From an uncultured Candidatus Rokubacteria bacterium (GTDB lineage: Bacteria; Methylomirabilota; Methylomirabilia; Rokubacteriales; CSP1-6), in the NCBI GenBank assembly GCA_963754315.1, contig CAVWFS010000008.1:32001-96000 (forward strand): a stretch of DNA of 64,000 nt, written 5' to 3'. Below the pieces are notes generated by a model, which was given only the letters and a program-made list of their open reading frames with translations, was not told where the DNA came from and searched no databases. Position numbers and translations under genes: made by a program. Position 1 is the stretch's first letter. Every line of letters starts with the position of its first letter. This document shows positions 9,609-20,428 of the stretch, in pieces.

Positions 9609-9968
9609 ATGATGCCCGCCGTGCCGCTTCCTCGTGGGGCAAAGATCGCGTCGACGATCGAGGTGAAGCTCGGGCGCGGCTGGCGTTACAACCCAGACCG
9701 CGGACTCTTCACGAGCGAACGGGGTGAGCAGTTTGCGCCGCCGCGGCAGGCTCTACCGCGGACCGCCAGGATCGTGCCCAAGGTTCCATCGCTGGCCCGC
9801 GCTGCTCCCGCCCGGCTGTCCAAAGCCGAGCGGGAGCTGACGCGCTTCGTTCAGATCGTGCTGCCCCCGCGGACCGACCCTGGCCCCCTGGTCGCGGTGA
9901 TCCGGCGCTGGCCAAGCGTCGAGGACGCGCAGCCCGCGCCCAGAGTCAGCCTGCCGTCAGTCACCTGA
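9609..9968 (+). CDS. Stand-alone subtilase prodomain-like protein
   Basis: FVQIVLP..DP..L...IRRWPSVEDAQPAP resembles FVQIVPR..DA..L...LQGRPAVAQAYVAP in the upstream protease; RBS AGGAG. Confidence 0.65.
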   Translation: MMPAVPLPRGAKIASTIEVKLGRGWRYNPDRGLFTSERGEQFAPPRQALPRTARIVPKVPSLARAAPARLSKAERELTRFVQIVLPPRTDPGPLVAVIRRWPSVEDAQPAPRVSLPSVT

Positions 9969-11516
9969 GGCCGCCGACGCTCCAGGTCGGCACGGGGCGG
10001 GCGAGCCCTTTGAGGGTGAGTGCACCCACCTCCTCGGCCTGAATCAGCTCCTCGACCAGTGCCGCCACCCGGGACGAGATCAGGATCTGGCCGGCCTTGG
10101 CCTCGCTGCACAGGCGCGCGGCCAGATTTGTGACGTTACCGATGGCGCCATAGTCCCAGCGTCCCTCGAAGCCAATGGCGCCAATGGTTGCGTAACCCTC
10201 TGCGATGCCCACACCGAGCCCGAGGTCCCAGCCGCGCTTGCGCCAGCTGGCAGCCAGCCGGGCCACCGCGTCGCGCATGGCGAGGGCCATGCGGATGGCG
10301 CGCTCGGGCGGGTTCTCCACCTCCACCGGGTCGTTGAAGAAGACCATCATGCCGTCGCCGGTGAAGCGCTCCAGGGTGCCTTCGTGCTCGAGGACGAGCC
10401 GGCCCATCTCGGCGTGATACTCGCGGAGCACGCCCATGACCTCTTCGGGCTCGGACGTCTCCGCAAACGCGGTGAACCCACGGAGATCGAGGAACACTAC
10501 CGTGACCTCCCGCCGATGGGTCCGAAGGGGGTCGGCGGCACCGCCGGCCACGATCAGCTCGGCGAGCTGGGGTGAGAAGAAGCGTTTGAGCCGGCCGAGC
10601 TGCTCGAGCTGGCCCACTTGCTCGGACACGCGCTGCTCGAGCGTGCGGTTCAGTTCGGCCAGCTCGGCGAGGTGGCGGACTTCCTGGTCGCGCAGCCGCT
10701 TCTTCTCGAGACAGGCGCCGATGCGCGCGCGCAGCAGAACGGGGTCGAAGGGCTTGGGTAAATAGTCCTCGGCCCCTAGCTCGATGCAGCGGACGACGCT
10801 CTGGACTTCGTCGAGCGCCGAGATCATCAGCACGGGGATGTCACGCAAAGTCGGGTCCGCCTTCATGCGGCGGAGCACCTCGTAACCGTCGAGGCCTGGC
10901 ATCATCACGTCGAGTAGCACGAGGTCGACCGGGGCGCCGGCGCCGCGCTCGAGCGCCGCTAAGGCCGCCGTGCCGTCGGCGGCCGTCCGCGCTTCGTAGC
11001 CCTCCCGGACGAGTCGCCGGGTAAGCAGGTCGCGGTTGGCCGCGTCGTCGTCCACCACCAAGATGCCGCCTCGCGGTGACCGCGCCGCCCCCGGACCGGC
11101 GGCTTCAGCCGGCGCGGTTTCGTCACTCGCTGGTCGCGGCGTCCGGCTTCACGAGCGTCGCCAGGCGTCGGACCGCCTCAGCGATGCGCTTCACGTCCGC
11201 CAGCATCGTTTTCTGCCCCGACGGCGGTGGCCTCACGGGCGAGCCGATCGGTGGCGGCCGCGATGCGTCCCAGCGGGGTCGCCACTGCCGTCCCGAGGGC
11301 CGAGAGGTCGAGCGTCTCGGCGTCCCTGCCTCCCGGTGCGAGACGCTCGTTCACGGACGCCAGCACCTGTCGGGCATCGTCCAGGAGCCCGCGCAGATCC
11401 CCGGCGAAGCGCGGGCCGGAGTCCTCGAGGAGCATCTCGGCATAGCCGATGATGTGATTGAGCGGCGTGCGCAGCTCGTGGCGCAGGTGGGCGAGGGCAG
11501 CGACCGGATCGGTCAT
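9961..11516 (-). CDS. HisKA-REC-class III adenylate/guanylate cyclase (two apparent indels near 11140 and 11210)
   Basis: [13 protein letters not shown] in 11178..11516; receiver VDDD...LLDVMMP; cyclase FLDLRGFT, RFTGDG, DYGAIGNVTNLAARL. Confidence 0.85.
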
Positions 11517-11582
11517 GGCGCTGCTACGGCGTGCGCCACCAGCACCGCGCAGAGGTCAACGATGAGCGGGCCGCGATCTGGT

Positions 11583-11960
11583 TCACGAGGCGCCCTGGCT
11601 GCCCAACAGGGACTGGATTTTGGTGAGTAGCCGCTCGAAGTCTACCGGCTTGGTGTCGAAGTCGTCGCAGCCGGCGGCCAGCGCCTTCTCCCGGTCGCCG
11701 GCCATGGCATGCGCGGTGAGCGCGATGACGCGGATGGCCTGCGTCGCCGGGCTCGCCTTGATCCGGCGCGTGGCCTCCCAGCCGTCCAGCCCGGGCAGGC
11801 TCATGTCCATGAGGATGAGGGCGGGAGCCTCACGCGTGGCCATCTCCACGCCGGCCTCGCCGTCCACCGCGACCAGCACCTCGTAGCCGCGCCGGGCGAG
11901 GCGCCGCGAGAGCATGTCGCGGTTCATTTCGTTGTCCTCGACGAGCAGGATCTTCGGCAT
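11583..11960 (-). CDS. Single-domain response regulator (CheY/DivK-like)
   Basis: [31 protein letters not shown]; start overlaps the kinase stop (TGATG). Confidence 0.92.
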   Translation of the reverse strand: MPKILLVEDNEMNRDMLSRRLARRGYEVLVAVDGEAGVEMATREAPALILMDMSLPGLDGWEATRRIKASPATQAIRVIALTAHAMAGDREKALAAGCDDFDTKPVDFERLLTKIQSLLGSQGAS

Positions 11961-14900
11961 CAGCGCTCTCCTCCGCTCCGGCGAACCGACGCCGTCACCA
12001 GCTCGCGGATCTCTCGCAGCAGCGCGTCTGCCCCCTGGGCTCCCTTCAGGAGCACCCGCTCCACCGAGCCCGAGAGACGCGCGCGGTCCTCGGCCGTGAG
12101 GTCCCGGGCCGTCACCACGACGACGGGCACCGCCCGCCACGCCTCCTCGCGCCGAAACGCCTCGAGGAAGTCGAAGCCGTCCATCTCCGGCATGATGAGG
12201 TCAAGCAGCACCAGGCCTGGCTGCCTCTCCCGAGCGCGCGCGAGACCGATCATGCCATTCTCGGCTTCGATCACGGTATGGCCCTCACGCTCGAGCACGC
12301 GGCGGATCAGGCCGCGCAGCTCCGGATCGTCATCGACGACGAGCACCGGCCGCTCCGGCCGGTGGCGCCGGATCACCTCGATCAGCCGGTCGCGGTCGAG
12401 GGGCTTGACGAGGTAGTCGGCGGCGCCGAGGGCATAGCCGAGGTTCTTTTCCTCGACGATCGTGAGCATGACGACCGGAATATTGGCTAGAAGCGGATCG
12501 GCCTTGAGCGCGGCCAGCACCGCCCAGCCATCCATGCCGGGCATGAGCACGTCGAGGGTGATCACGTCGGGCGCGAGCGTTCGGGCGAGCCGCAGCCCGT
12601 CTTCTCCGCTGGCCGCCGTCACCACACGGAATCCTTCGCGGCCGAGGAAGCGGGTGACGATCTCGCGGACAGCCGGCTCGTCGTCGATGACCAGCACGGT
12701 GCCAGCGGAGCGGTTCCGAGCGCCCCACGGATGGCGCCGTCCCTGCTCCGTCCACCGGCGCGGCCGTCTCCTGCCCCGTCCACGGGCGGAGGCCTCGCGT
12801 GGGTCGTGCCTGCCTCCGCCATCTCCGCCGGAAGTCTGATCGTGAACGTGCTCCCGCGGCTCGGCTCGCTCTGCACGGTGATGTCGCCGCCCATCATGCG
12901 GCAGAGCCGCCGGGAGAGGGCGAGGCCGAGCCCGGTGCCGCCGAAGCGCCGGGCGGTGGCGGCGTCGGCCTGCGTGAAGTCCTGGAAGAGTCGCCCTATC
13001 TGCTCCGCGGTCATGCCAATGCCCGTGTCCGCCACCTCGAAGACCATCGTGTGAGTGTGCTGCTCCGGTACCGGCTCGCGCCGGACCGTCAAGGAGACGG
13101 TCCCGTCCTCGGTGAACTTGCAGGCGTTGGACAGCAGATTGAACAGGGCCTGGCGCACCTTGGTCTGGTCCGCGTGCATCTCCCCGGCGTCGGGCTGGCA
13201 CGAGATCTCGAGCCGGTTGCGCTTCCGGTCGGCCAAAGGCTGAACGACGGCGCCGATCTCTTCGACGAGGGCAGCCACGTCGAAGCGCTCCAGGTAGAGC
13301 TCCATCTTGCCCGCCTCGATCTTCGAGAGATCGAGGACGGCGTTGATCAGCTCGAGCAGATGCTTGCCCGCCGTATTGATCTTCTTGAGGTCAGGGACGA
13401 GGCCCTGCTGGTCGAGGTCCTGAGCCTCTTCTTGCAGCATCTCCGAGTAGCCGATGATGGCATTGAGCGGGGTCCGGAGCTCGTGCGACATGCCGGCCAT
13501 GAACTCCGACTTGTGCCGATTGGCCACCTCGAGCTGCTTGAACAGCCGCGCGTTCTGGATGGCCAGCGCCGACTGGGTGGCGAAGGTCCGGAGCAGCTCG
13601 ATGGTCTCGGGCGGGAAGTCGCCGGGCGCGTTCCGGGTCACGGCCAGGCACCCGATCAGACGGCCCTCGCGGAGCATGGGTACCGCCAGCAGAGCCCTGA
13701 TGCCGACCTCGATCAGGGTCTCGCGCAGCCTGCCCTCGTACGCGCCCGCCACGGTGATGTCGGGCACCTGCGCCGGCTGGAGCGTCACGGCTGTCTGTCC
13801 GACCACGCCCTCGCCTTTGCGGATCTGCGCGGTTCGCCGGGCTTCGGCGAGCGCGCCGGCACCGGCCTGCCCGGTCGCCACACGTTGCGCGAATTCCTCG
13901 GCCGCTTCGTCGTATTCGAAGATGACGCCCCCATCCAGCCCCGAGAGCTGGACGGCGCGCGAGACGATGGTCGTGAGCACGGTTTCCAGATCCAGCGAGG
14001 AGCTGACGGCCTGGCCCACCTCGCCAAGGGCGGTGAGCTGCCCCACGGAGCGGGTGAGGTCGGCGGTGCGCGCCTGCAGCTCCCCGAGAAGTCGCGCATT
14101 CTCGACCGCGATGACGGCTTGGTCGGCGAACGTTCTCAGCAGCTCCACGTGGGCATCGGAGAACGCGTCGACCTGCTGATGGGCCAGACTGATGGCGCCG
14201 ATTACCTCGTTCTGCCGAAGCATCGGGACCGACAGCACGCTCCGCGTGCCCCGCGACCGGAGGTTCGCCATATTGTCAGCACTGATCTGAAGATCGACTT
14301 TCGACGTTCGCGATATAGGCACACCCTGCCCGTCCTGATCGCCGCGCAGGCGGCTCCCGGCGCGGTCACCGGACGAGGGAACGTTCGGCGCCACTGCTCG
14401 AGCTGTTCCGGCGTGTAACCCTCGTGGGCGACCGAATGTACGAGCGAACCGTCGAATCGATACACGCCTCCGTGCTGAGCGCCGCAGAGTCGTGCCGCGC
14501 TGCGCACGATCGCCTCGAAGACCGGCTGCACGTCCGTCTGCGCCTGACTGATGGCGCGCAGGATGTCGGCGGTGGCTGTCTGGCGATCGAGCGACTCCGT
14601 CAGGTCCCGGTTGCGCGCCTCCAGCTCCGTGAGCAGGCGCGCGTTTTCGACCGCGATGACCGCCTGGTCGGCGAACGTCTGCAGCAGCGCGATCTCATCC
14701 GACGAAAACCCAGTTGGCTCCGCCCGGTTCACGACGATGATGCCAAGGGGATCGTTGCCGCGGAGCATCGGCACCGAGGCGAAGGAGCGGAAGCCCCTCT
14801 CGGCCGCGTGGCGCCGGAACTCGGAGCCGCACGACGGGTCCGTCTCGACGTCGACGACGTGGTGCACCCTTTTCGTGAGCACTGCGTGCTCGGGGGGAGA

Positions 14901-17900
14901 GGTGGGTGGGTGGGGTGACTGGAGCCGCTCTTTGACGGTGGCGGCGCTTCCCGGCAAGCCGCCTCGCGCCGCCACCATGCTGATCAGCTCACCGTCGTAT
15001 CGGGCCACGGCTGCGCCCCCTGCCCCGAACAGCCGCATGGCACTGTCCGCGATGGCCTCGAAGACCGGCTGCACGTCGGTCTGCGCCTGACTGATGGCCC
15101 GGAGAATGTCGGCAGTGGCCGTCTGCCGGTCGAGCGACTCGGTCAGGTCTCGGTTGCTCTCCTGGATTTCCGTGAGCAAGCGCGCGTTCTTGACGGCGAT
15201 CACCGCCTGGTCGGCAAACGTCTGGAGTAGCGTGATCTCGGCCGGCGAGAACCCTCCCGGCTCGGCGCGGGAAACGGCGATGATGCCGAGGACATCGTCT
15301 CCGCTGAGCATGGGCACCTGCACGCTCGAACGCCAGCCCCGGAGCCTGGCGTTCCCGCCAGCGAGACGTCCCCAGGCTGGATCCGTCTCGATGTCCACGA
15401 TGTGCTGCACGGCGCGCGACAGGATTGTGCGGCCCGCCACGGTGCTGTCAGTGGCTGGGTGGCTCTCAAAGCGAGCCATCATCGTGTCGCTGCTCCCCGG
15501 CAAGCCTCCGCGCGCCGCCGCCAGGCTGATCAGCTCGCCGTCATAGCGGAACACGAGCGATCCCCACGCTCCGAACAGCCTCATGGCGCTGTCAGCGATG
15601 GCCTCGAAGACCGGCTGCACGTCCGTCTGCGATTGACTGATTACCCGGAGGATCTCAGCGGTAGCCGTCTGCCGGTCCAACGATTCCGTCAGGTCACGGT
15701 TGCGCGCCTCCAGTTCCTTGAACAGCCGAACGTTCTCGATGGCGATGACGGCCTGGTCGGCGAACGTCTGCAGCAGCGCGATCTGCTTGTCGGTAAACGG
15801 CTGCTACTCGTGTCGGCGCATGACGATGGCGCCGACCGCCTCCTCCTCTCGAAGGAGGGGTACGGCGAGCGTTGTTCGCGTTCCGAGCGTGCGAGCCAGC
15901 TCTCGCGTCCCCGGGAAGTCGTGGTCGGCCTGAGCATCGGCCACGTGAACGATTCGTCGTTCGAGAATGGCCGTCCCCCCCATACGGGCCCGCGTGATTG
16001 GTATCAGGTCTGATTCCGTCACCAGCCCGACGGGCCCCTGATGCGCGGCGCGCCGCATGAGATCGCCTTCGCGAAGGAAGACGAGCGCGTCGTAGCTGCT
16101 GCACACCCTCATGGCGCAGGTCGCGATAGCATCCAGCACGGGGCCGATCGCTGTTGGCGAGCTCGAGATCACGCGCAGGATCTCGGCGGTGGCGGTCTGC
16201 TGCTCGAGCGCCTCGGACAGGTCCAGATTGCGGGCCTCCAGCTCCTTGAACAACCGCACGTTCTCGACAGCGATGACCGCCTGGTCGGCGAACGTTTGCA
16301 GCAGCCCAATCTCGGTCGGTGTGAACCCCCCCGCTCGGGCGCGCGTGATGGCGATGACCCCGAGAGCATCGCCTCCGCGAAGCATCGGTACCGCTACCAC
16401 CGACCGGAAGCCGCGCTCACTCGCGTCCTGGTAGAGCTGGGGGCCCCAGGAGGGGTCCGCGACGACATCAGCAACGTGCTGCACGGTCCGAGTCAGCACT
16501 GCTCGCCCCGGCGGCATATCTTCGGTTGGTCGCCATGGCACCCGGAGGCGCGCCATGAAGGATTCCGTGCTGCCCGGCAAACCGCCTCGGGCTGCAGCCA
16601 GACTGGTCAGTTCGCCGTCATACCGGAACACCGCCGCCGACCATGCCCCGAACAGCCGCATGGCGCTGTCGGCGATGGCCTCGAAGACTGGCTGGACGTC
16701 CGTCTGCGCCTGGCTGATCACCCGGAGGATCTCGGCGGTAGCTGTCTGCCGGTCCAGCGATTCCGTCAGGTCCCGGTTGCGGGCTTCCAGCTCCTTGAAT
16801 AACCGCACGTTCTCGATGGCGATGACCGCCTGGTCGGCGAACGTCTTCAGCAGCTGGAGGCGTTCGTCGGAAAAAGCGCCCACGTCACGGTGGGTCACGC
16901 CGATGGCGCCGATGACCTTCGCATCACGGACCATCGGAGCAAGGACTAGGCTCCGAGCGCCGCGGGAGCGGTAGGCGTCGGCGACCCGGGCCGACGTGTG
17001 CGGATCCGCCGCGATGTCGGCGATATTGAGCACGGAACCATCCGCGATCCGCCAGAGATGATCGGTCTCCTGAAGTGGGCGGGGAAAATCGCGGCCGTAG
17101 ATCTCGATCGTCTCGGGACTGAAATTGTACTGGCCGACGAAGTGAGCCATCCCGTCCTCGAAACGGTAGACAGCGGCTGACTCGGCCACACACAGGCGGC
17201 CGGCGCTGCCCACGATCGTGTCGAAAACCGGCTGGACGTCCGTCGGCGAGCGCGAGATGACGCGGAGGATCTCGGCGGTGGCGGTCTGCTGCTCCAGGGC
17301 CTCGGTGAGGTCACGATTGCGAGCCTCGAGCTCCTTGAACAGTCGAACGTTCTGGATGGCGATGACCGCCTGGTCGGCGAACGTGCGGAGCAGATCGATC
17401 TGACGCTCCGCGAAGGGGCCGGGGGTGCCGCGGGAGACCGAGATGACGCCGATGGGGCGGCCTTCGTGCATCATGGGTACGGCGACGACTGCGCGAAGCC
17501 TGATTCGACGATGTGCCTCGCGCGCCGCCGGTTCTAAGTCCTCGGTCTCGATGTCCGAAACGTGGACAACGGCGGATTTGACGAGCGCGGAAGCCACAAT
17601 CGACGTTTCTCGGCGTGGGATCTGCGGGAAGAATCTCGCGGTCTCGTCAGCGGTGCCGGGCCGGGGATTGTATTGCGCGGCGAGATGGAGCAGTTCGCCG
17701 TCGTAGCGGGTGACGATGGCGTACTCGCCGCCGCACAGCCGACTGGCGCTTCGAACGATGGCGTCGAAGATCGGCTGCACGTCGGTCGGCGAGCTTGAGA
17801 TCACCCGGAGAATCTCGGCAGTAGCGGTCTGCCGCTCGAGCGCCTCGGTGACCTGCGCGTGGGCCTCGGTGAGATCGCGGTTACGCGCCTGCAGCTCATC

Positions 17901-19574
17901 GAACAACCTCACGTTCTCGATGGCGATGACGGCCTGCGCGGCAAAGGTCTGCAGGAGCTCCACTTGCCGGTCGGTGAAGGGCCGGGCCTCGGCGCGCCGC
18001 AGGGCGATCACCCCAATCGCCTCGTCGACACGGAGGAGGGGCGCGACAAGTGTCGTGCGGTGACCAAGGCGCCGGGCGATCGCGCTCCCCTCAGGGTATT
18101 CGTCAGTCTCAGCCTGTGCATCCAGGAGGTGGATCGTCCGCCGCTCGAGCACGGCGCGCCCCGGCGGTGTCCCCCGGACCAAAGGAGGGCCCTGGCCAAT
18201 GGGGTGAGTGGGGATCGGGCCCTCGTGCGCGACGAGGCGTAACGCGTCGCCGTCGACCCGGAAGATGGCGGCGTCGTACGCGTCGCACAGGCGGGCGGCG
18301 CTCGCCGCCACGGCCGCAAACACCGGGTGGACGTCGGTGGGCGAGCTACTGATGACGCGCAGGATTTCGCTCGTCGCCGTCTGCTGCTCGAGGGCTTCTG
18401 TCACCTGCGCGTTGGCTCGCGTGAGCTCCCGGTTCTTCTCCTGCAGCTCGGTAAACAGCCGCACATTCTCGATGGCGATGACGGCCTGGTCGGCGAAGGT
18501 CTCGAGGAGCGCAATCTGCTTGTCGGTGAACGGCTTCATCTCGTGTCGGCGCATGACAACGGCGCCGATCGCCTCCCGCTCGCGGAGGAGCGGCACCGCG
18601 AGCTGCGTCCGCAGGCCGACGGCTCGCGCCAGCCGCTGCGTTTCTGGGAACTCGGCGTCGGCCTGGGCGTCGGCCACGTGGATGGTCTGCCGGCCGAGGA
18701 TCACCGCCCAGACGTGGCGGGTGCGATCGAGAGGCACGACATCTGTAGAGGCCATCCTGACCGGCCCCTGGTGGGCGACCCGGCGAATGATGTCACCTTC
18801 GCGGAGGTAGACCATCGCGTCGTACCCCTCGCACACCCTCACCGCGCTGGCCGCGATCGTGTCGAGCACCGGGCGGATGTCGGTCGGCGAGCCGCTGATG
18901 ACGCGGAGGATCTCGCTCGTCGCGGTCTGTTGTTCCAGCGCTTCACTGAGGTCGGTGTTGCGCGTCTCGAGCCCGCGAAACAACCTCACGTTCTCGATGG
19001 CGATCACCGCCTGGGCGCCGAAGCTCTGGAGGAGCGCGATCTGGCGGTCGGAGAAGCCGCCGGTCTCTTGCCGTGTGACGGTGAGGGCGCCGATGGCCCG
19101 GCCCTCGCGAAGGAGTGGTACCGCGATGACACTGCCCAGGCCGGCTTCGCGCGCGGGGGCACCCGTGAACTCCGACGCCTGGAGGTCGGTGACGTGGACG
19201 ATCACCCGATCGAGGATCGCCACGCCCGCGGGCAAGCTCCGGTCCGGTGGTCGCGGGAAACGGCTCATTCGCTCCGCCCCGCCGGGCCGCAAATTATTGT
19301 GTGCGGCAAGGTGGATCTGCTCACCGTCGTAACGGAGCACGATGCCGCCCTCGCCGCCGCAGAGCGCGACCGCGTGGCGGGCGATGGCGTCGAATACGGG
19401 CTGAGCGTCGTTGGGTGATCGGGAGATGATGCCGAGGATCTCGTCGGTGGCTGCCTGCTGCTCCCGCGCCTCGACGAGCTCAGCCCGAAGGACAGCGTTC
19501 TCGGCAGCGAGCTGGAGCTGGGTGGCCGTCCGCGTCGTCTTGCCTGGCTTTCTGGTTGGCTTCCTGGGGCTCAT
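11960..19574 (-). CDS. Giant hybrid histidine kinase 1: 11 GAF + HisKA + HATPase + REC + REC (~2500 aa when joined)
   Basis: Joined from ORFs 15804..19574, 14202..15680, 12619..14394 and 11960..13201; in-frame TAG at 15804-15806, indels near 14300 and 12750; [29 protein letters not shown]. Confidence 0.85.
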
Positions 19575-19591
19575 GAGACGTCCACGCGGCG

Positions 19592-19621
19592 ATGCTCCCC
19601 TGTGTAGGCCGGCGAAGTCAA
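19592..19621 (-). promoter_or_regulatory. Promoter motif of kinase 1
   Basis: TTGACT-N18-GAGCAT, shared with kinases 2 and 3. Confidence 0.55.
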
Positions 19622-19640
19622 GGTAGCCCGTCGGCCCCGC

Positions 19641-19673
19641 CTATCTGGGGGCCAAATAGTCGCGCAGATGGAG
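19641..19673 (-). pseudogene. Relic 3' end of a vapC paralogue
   Basis: Encodes LHLRDYLAPR-stop versus LQLRDYLPSR-stop at the end of the PIN gene 26811..27260. Confidence 0.55.
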
Positions 19674-19751
19674 CCGCCGCCAGGCTGGCTGGTCTACGTA
19701 TTCATGGGCGAATCAATGCGGCAGGCGAACTTCCAGGCAGGTGACAGCGGA

Positions 19752-19786
19752 TTGACTTAGTCATATTATAGACTCAGAATTAGACT
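19752..19786 (+). promoter_or_regulatory. TA1 promoter/operator, probably leaderless
   Basis: TTGACT-N17-CAGAAT ending 6 nt before ATG 19787; palindrome TGACTTAGTCA and repeated AGACT. Confidence 0.65.
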
Positions 19787-20032
19787 ATGATCAGGGCCAA
19801 CATTCACGCCGTCAAGACGCACCTATCGCGCTACCTGGCCCGTGTGGCCACGGGCGAGACCATCGTCATCTGCAACAGAAACGTTCCCGTGGCGGAGATT
19901 CGCCCGGTGGCGGCCCGTCGGACGGCCCGTCGGCCCGTCGGGCTGGCGAAGGGTACGTTCGAGGTACCGGCCGCGTTCTTCGAGCCCCTCCAGGAGGGCG
20001 AACTGGACCGCTGGGAGGGGAAGCCCGGGTGA
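19787..20032 (+). CDS. Phd/YefM family antitoxin
   Basis: NIHAVKTHLSRYLARVATGETIVICNRNVPVAEI; GTGA overlap with the toxin. Confidence 0.9.
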   Translation: MIRANIHAVKTHLSRYLARVATGETIVICNRNVPVAEIRPVAARRTARRPVGLAKGTFEVPAAFFEPLQEGELDRWEGKPG

Positions 20033-20415
20033 AACTCCTGCTCGACACCTGCACGTTCCTCTGGATCATCGGCGGGATGTCCGACCTGTCGCCCCGGGCA
20101 CGCGAGCTGTTCGTAGACCCGGACAACGACGTTTATCTGAGCGCCGTCTCCGCGTGGGAGATCACCCTCAAGCACGCGGCTGGCCGGCTTCCGCTGCCCG
20201 AGGCACCAGCGCGGTTCGTGCCGGCGCAGCGACGCCGCCACGGCATCGACACTCTGGGGTTGGACGAGGAATCGGCCCTGCATCTCGACAGGCTTCCGCC
20301 GCTCCATCGCGATCCCTTCGACCGGATGCTCGTGTGCCAGGCCATCGTCCACGGACTGGTGATGCTCGGCCCCGACCCGCTCATCTCCCAGTATCCGATT
20401 CGCTCTGCGTGGTAA
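20029..20415 (+). CDS. vapC: VapC PIN-domain toxin
   Basis: LLLDT, SAVSAWEI, HRDPFDRML. Confidence 0.92.
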   Translation: MKLLLDTCTFLWIIGGMSDLSPRARELFVDPDNDVYLSAVSAWEITLKHAAGRLPLPEAPARFVPAQRRRHGIDTLGLDEESALHLDRLPPLHRDPFDRMLVCQAIVHGLVMLGPDPLISQYPIRSAW

Positions 20416-20428
20416 GCGAGCCCGACCC

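Noticed and set aside
15804..15806. Pyrrolysine recoding
   Set aside because: Single site in a variable loop position and no pyl genes in the window; error or nonsense mutation is simpler.
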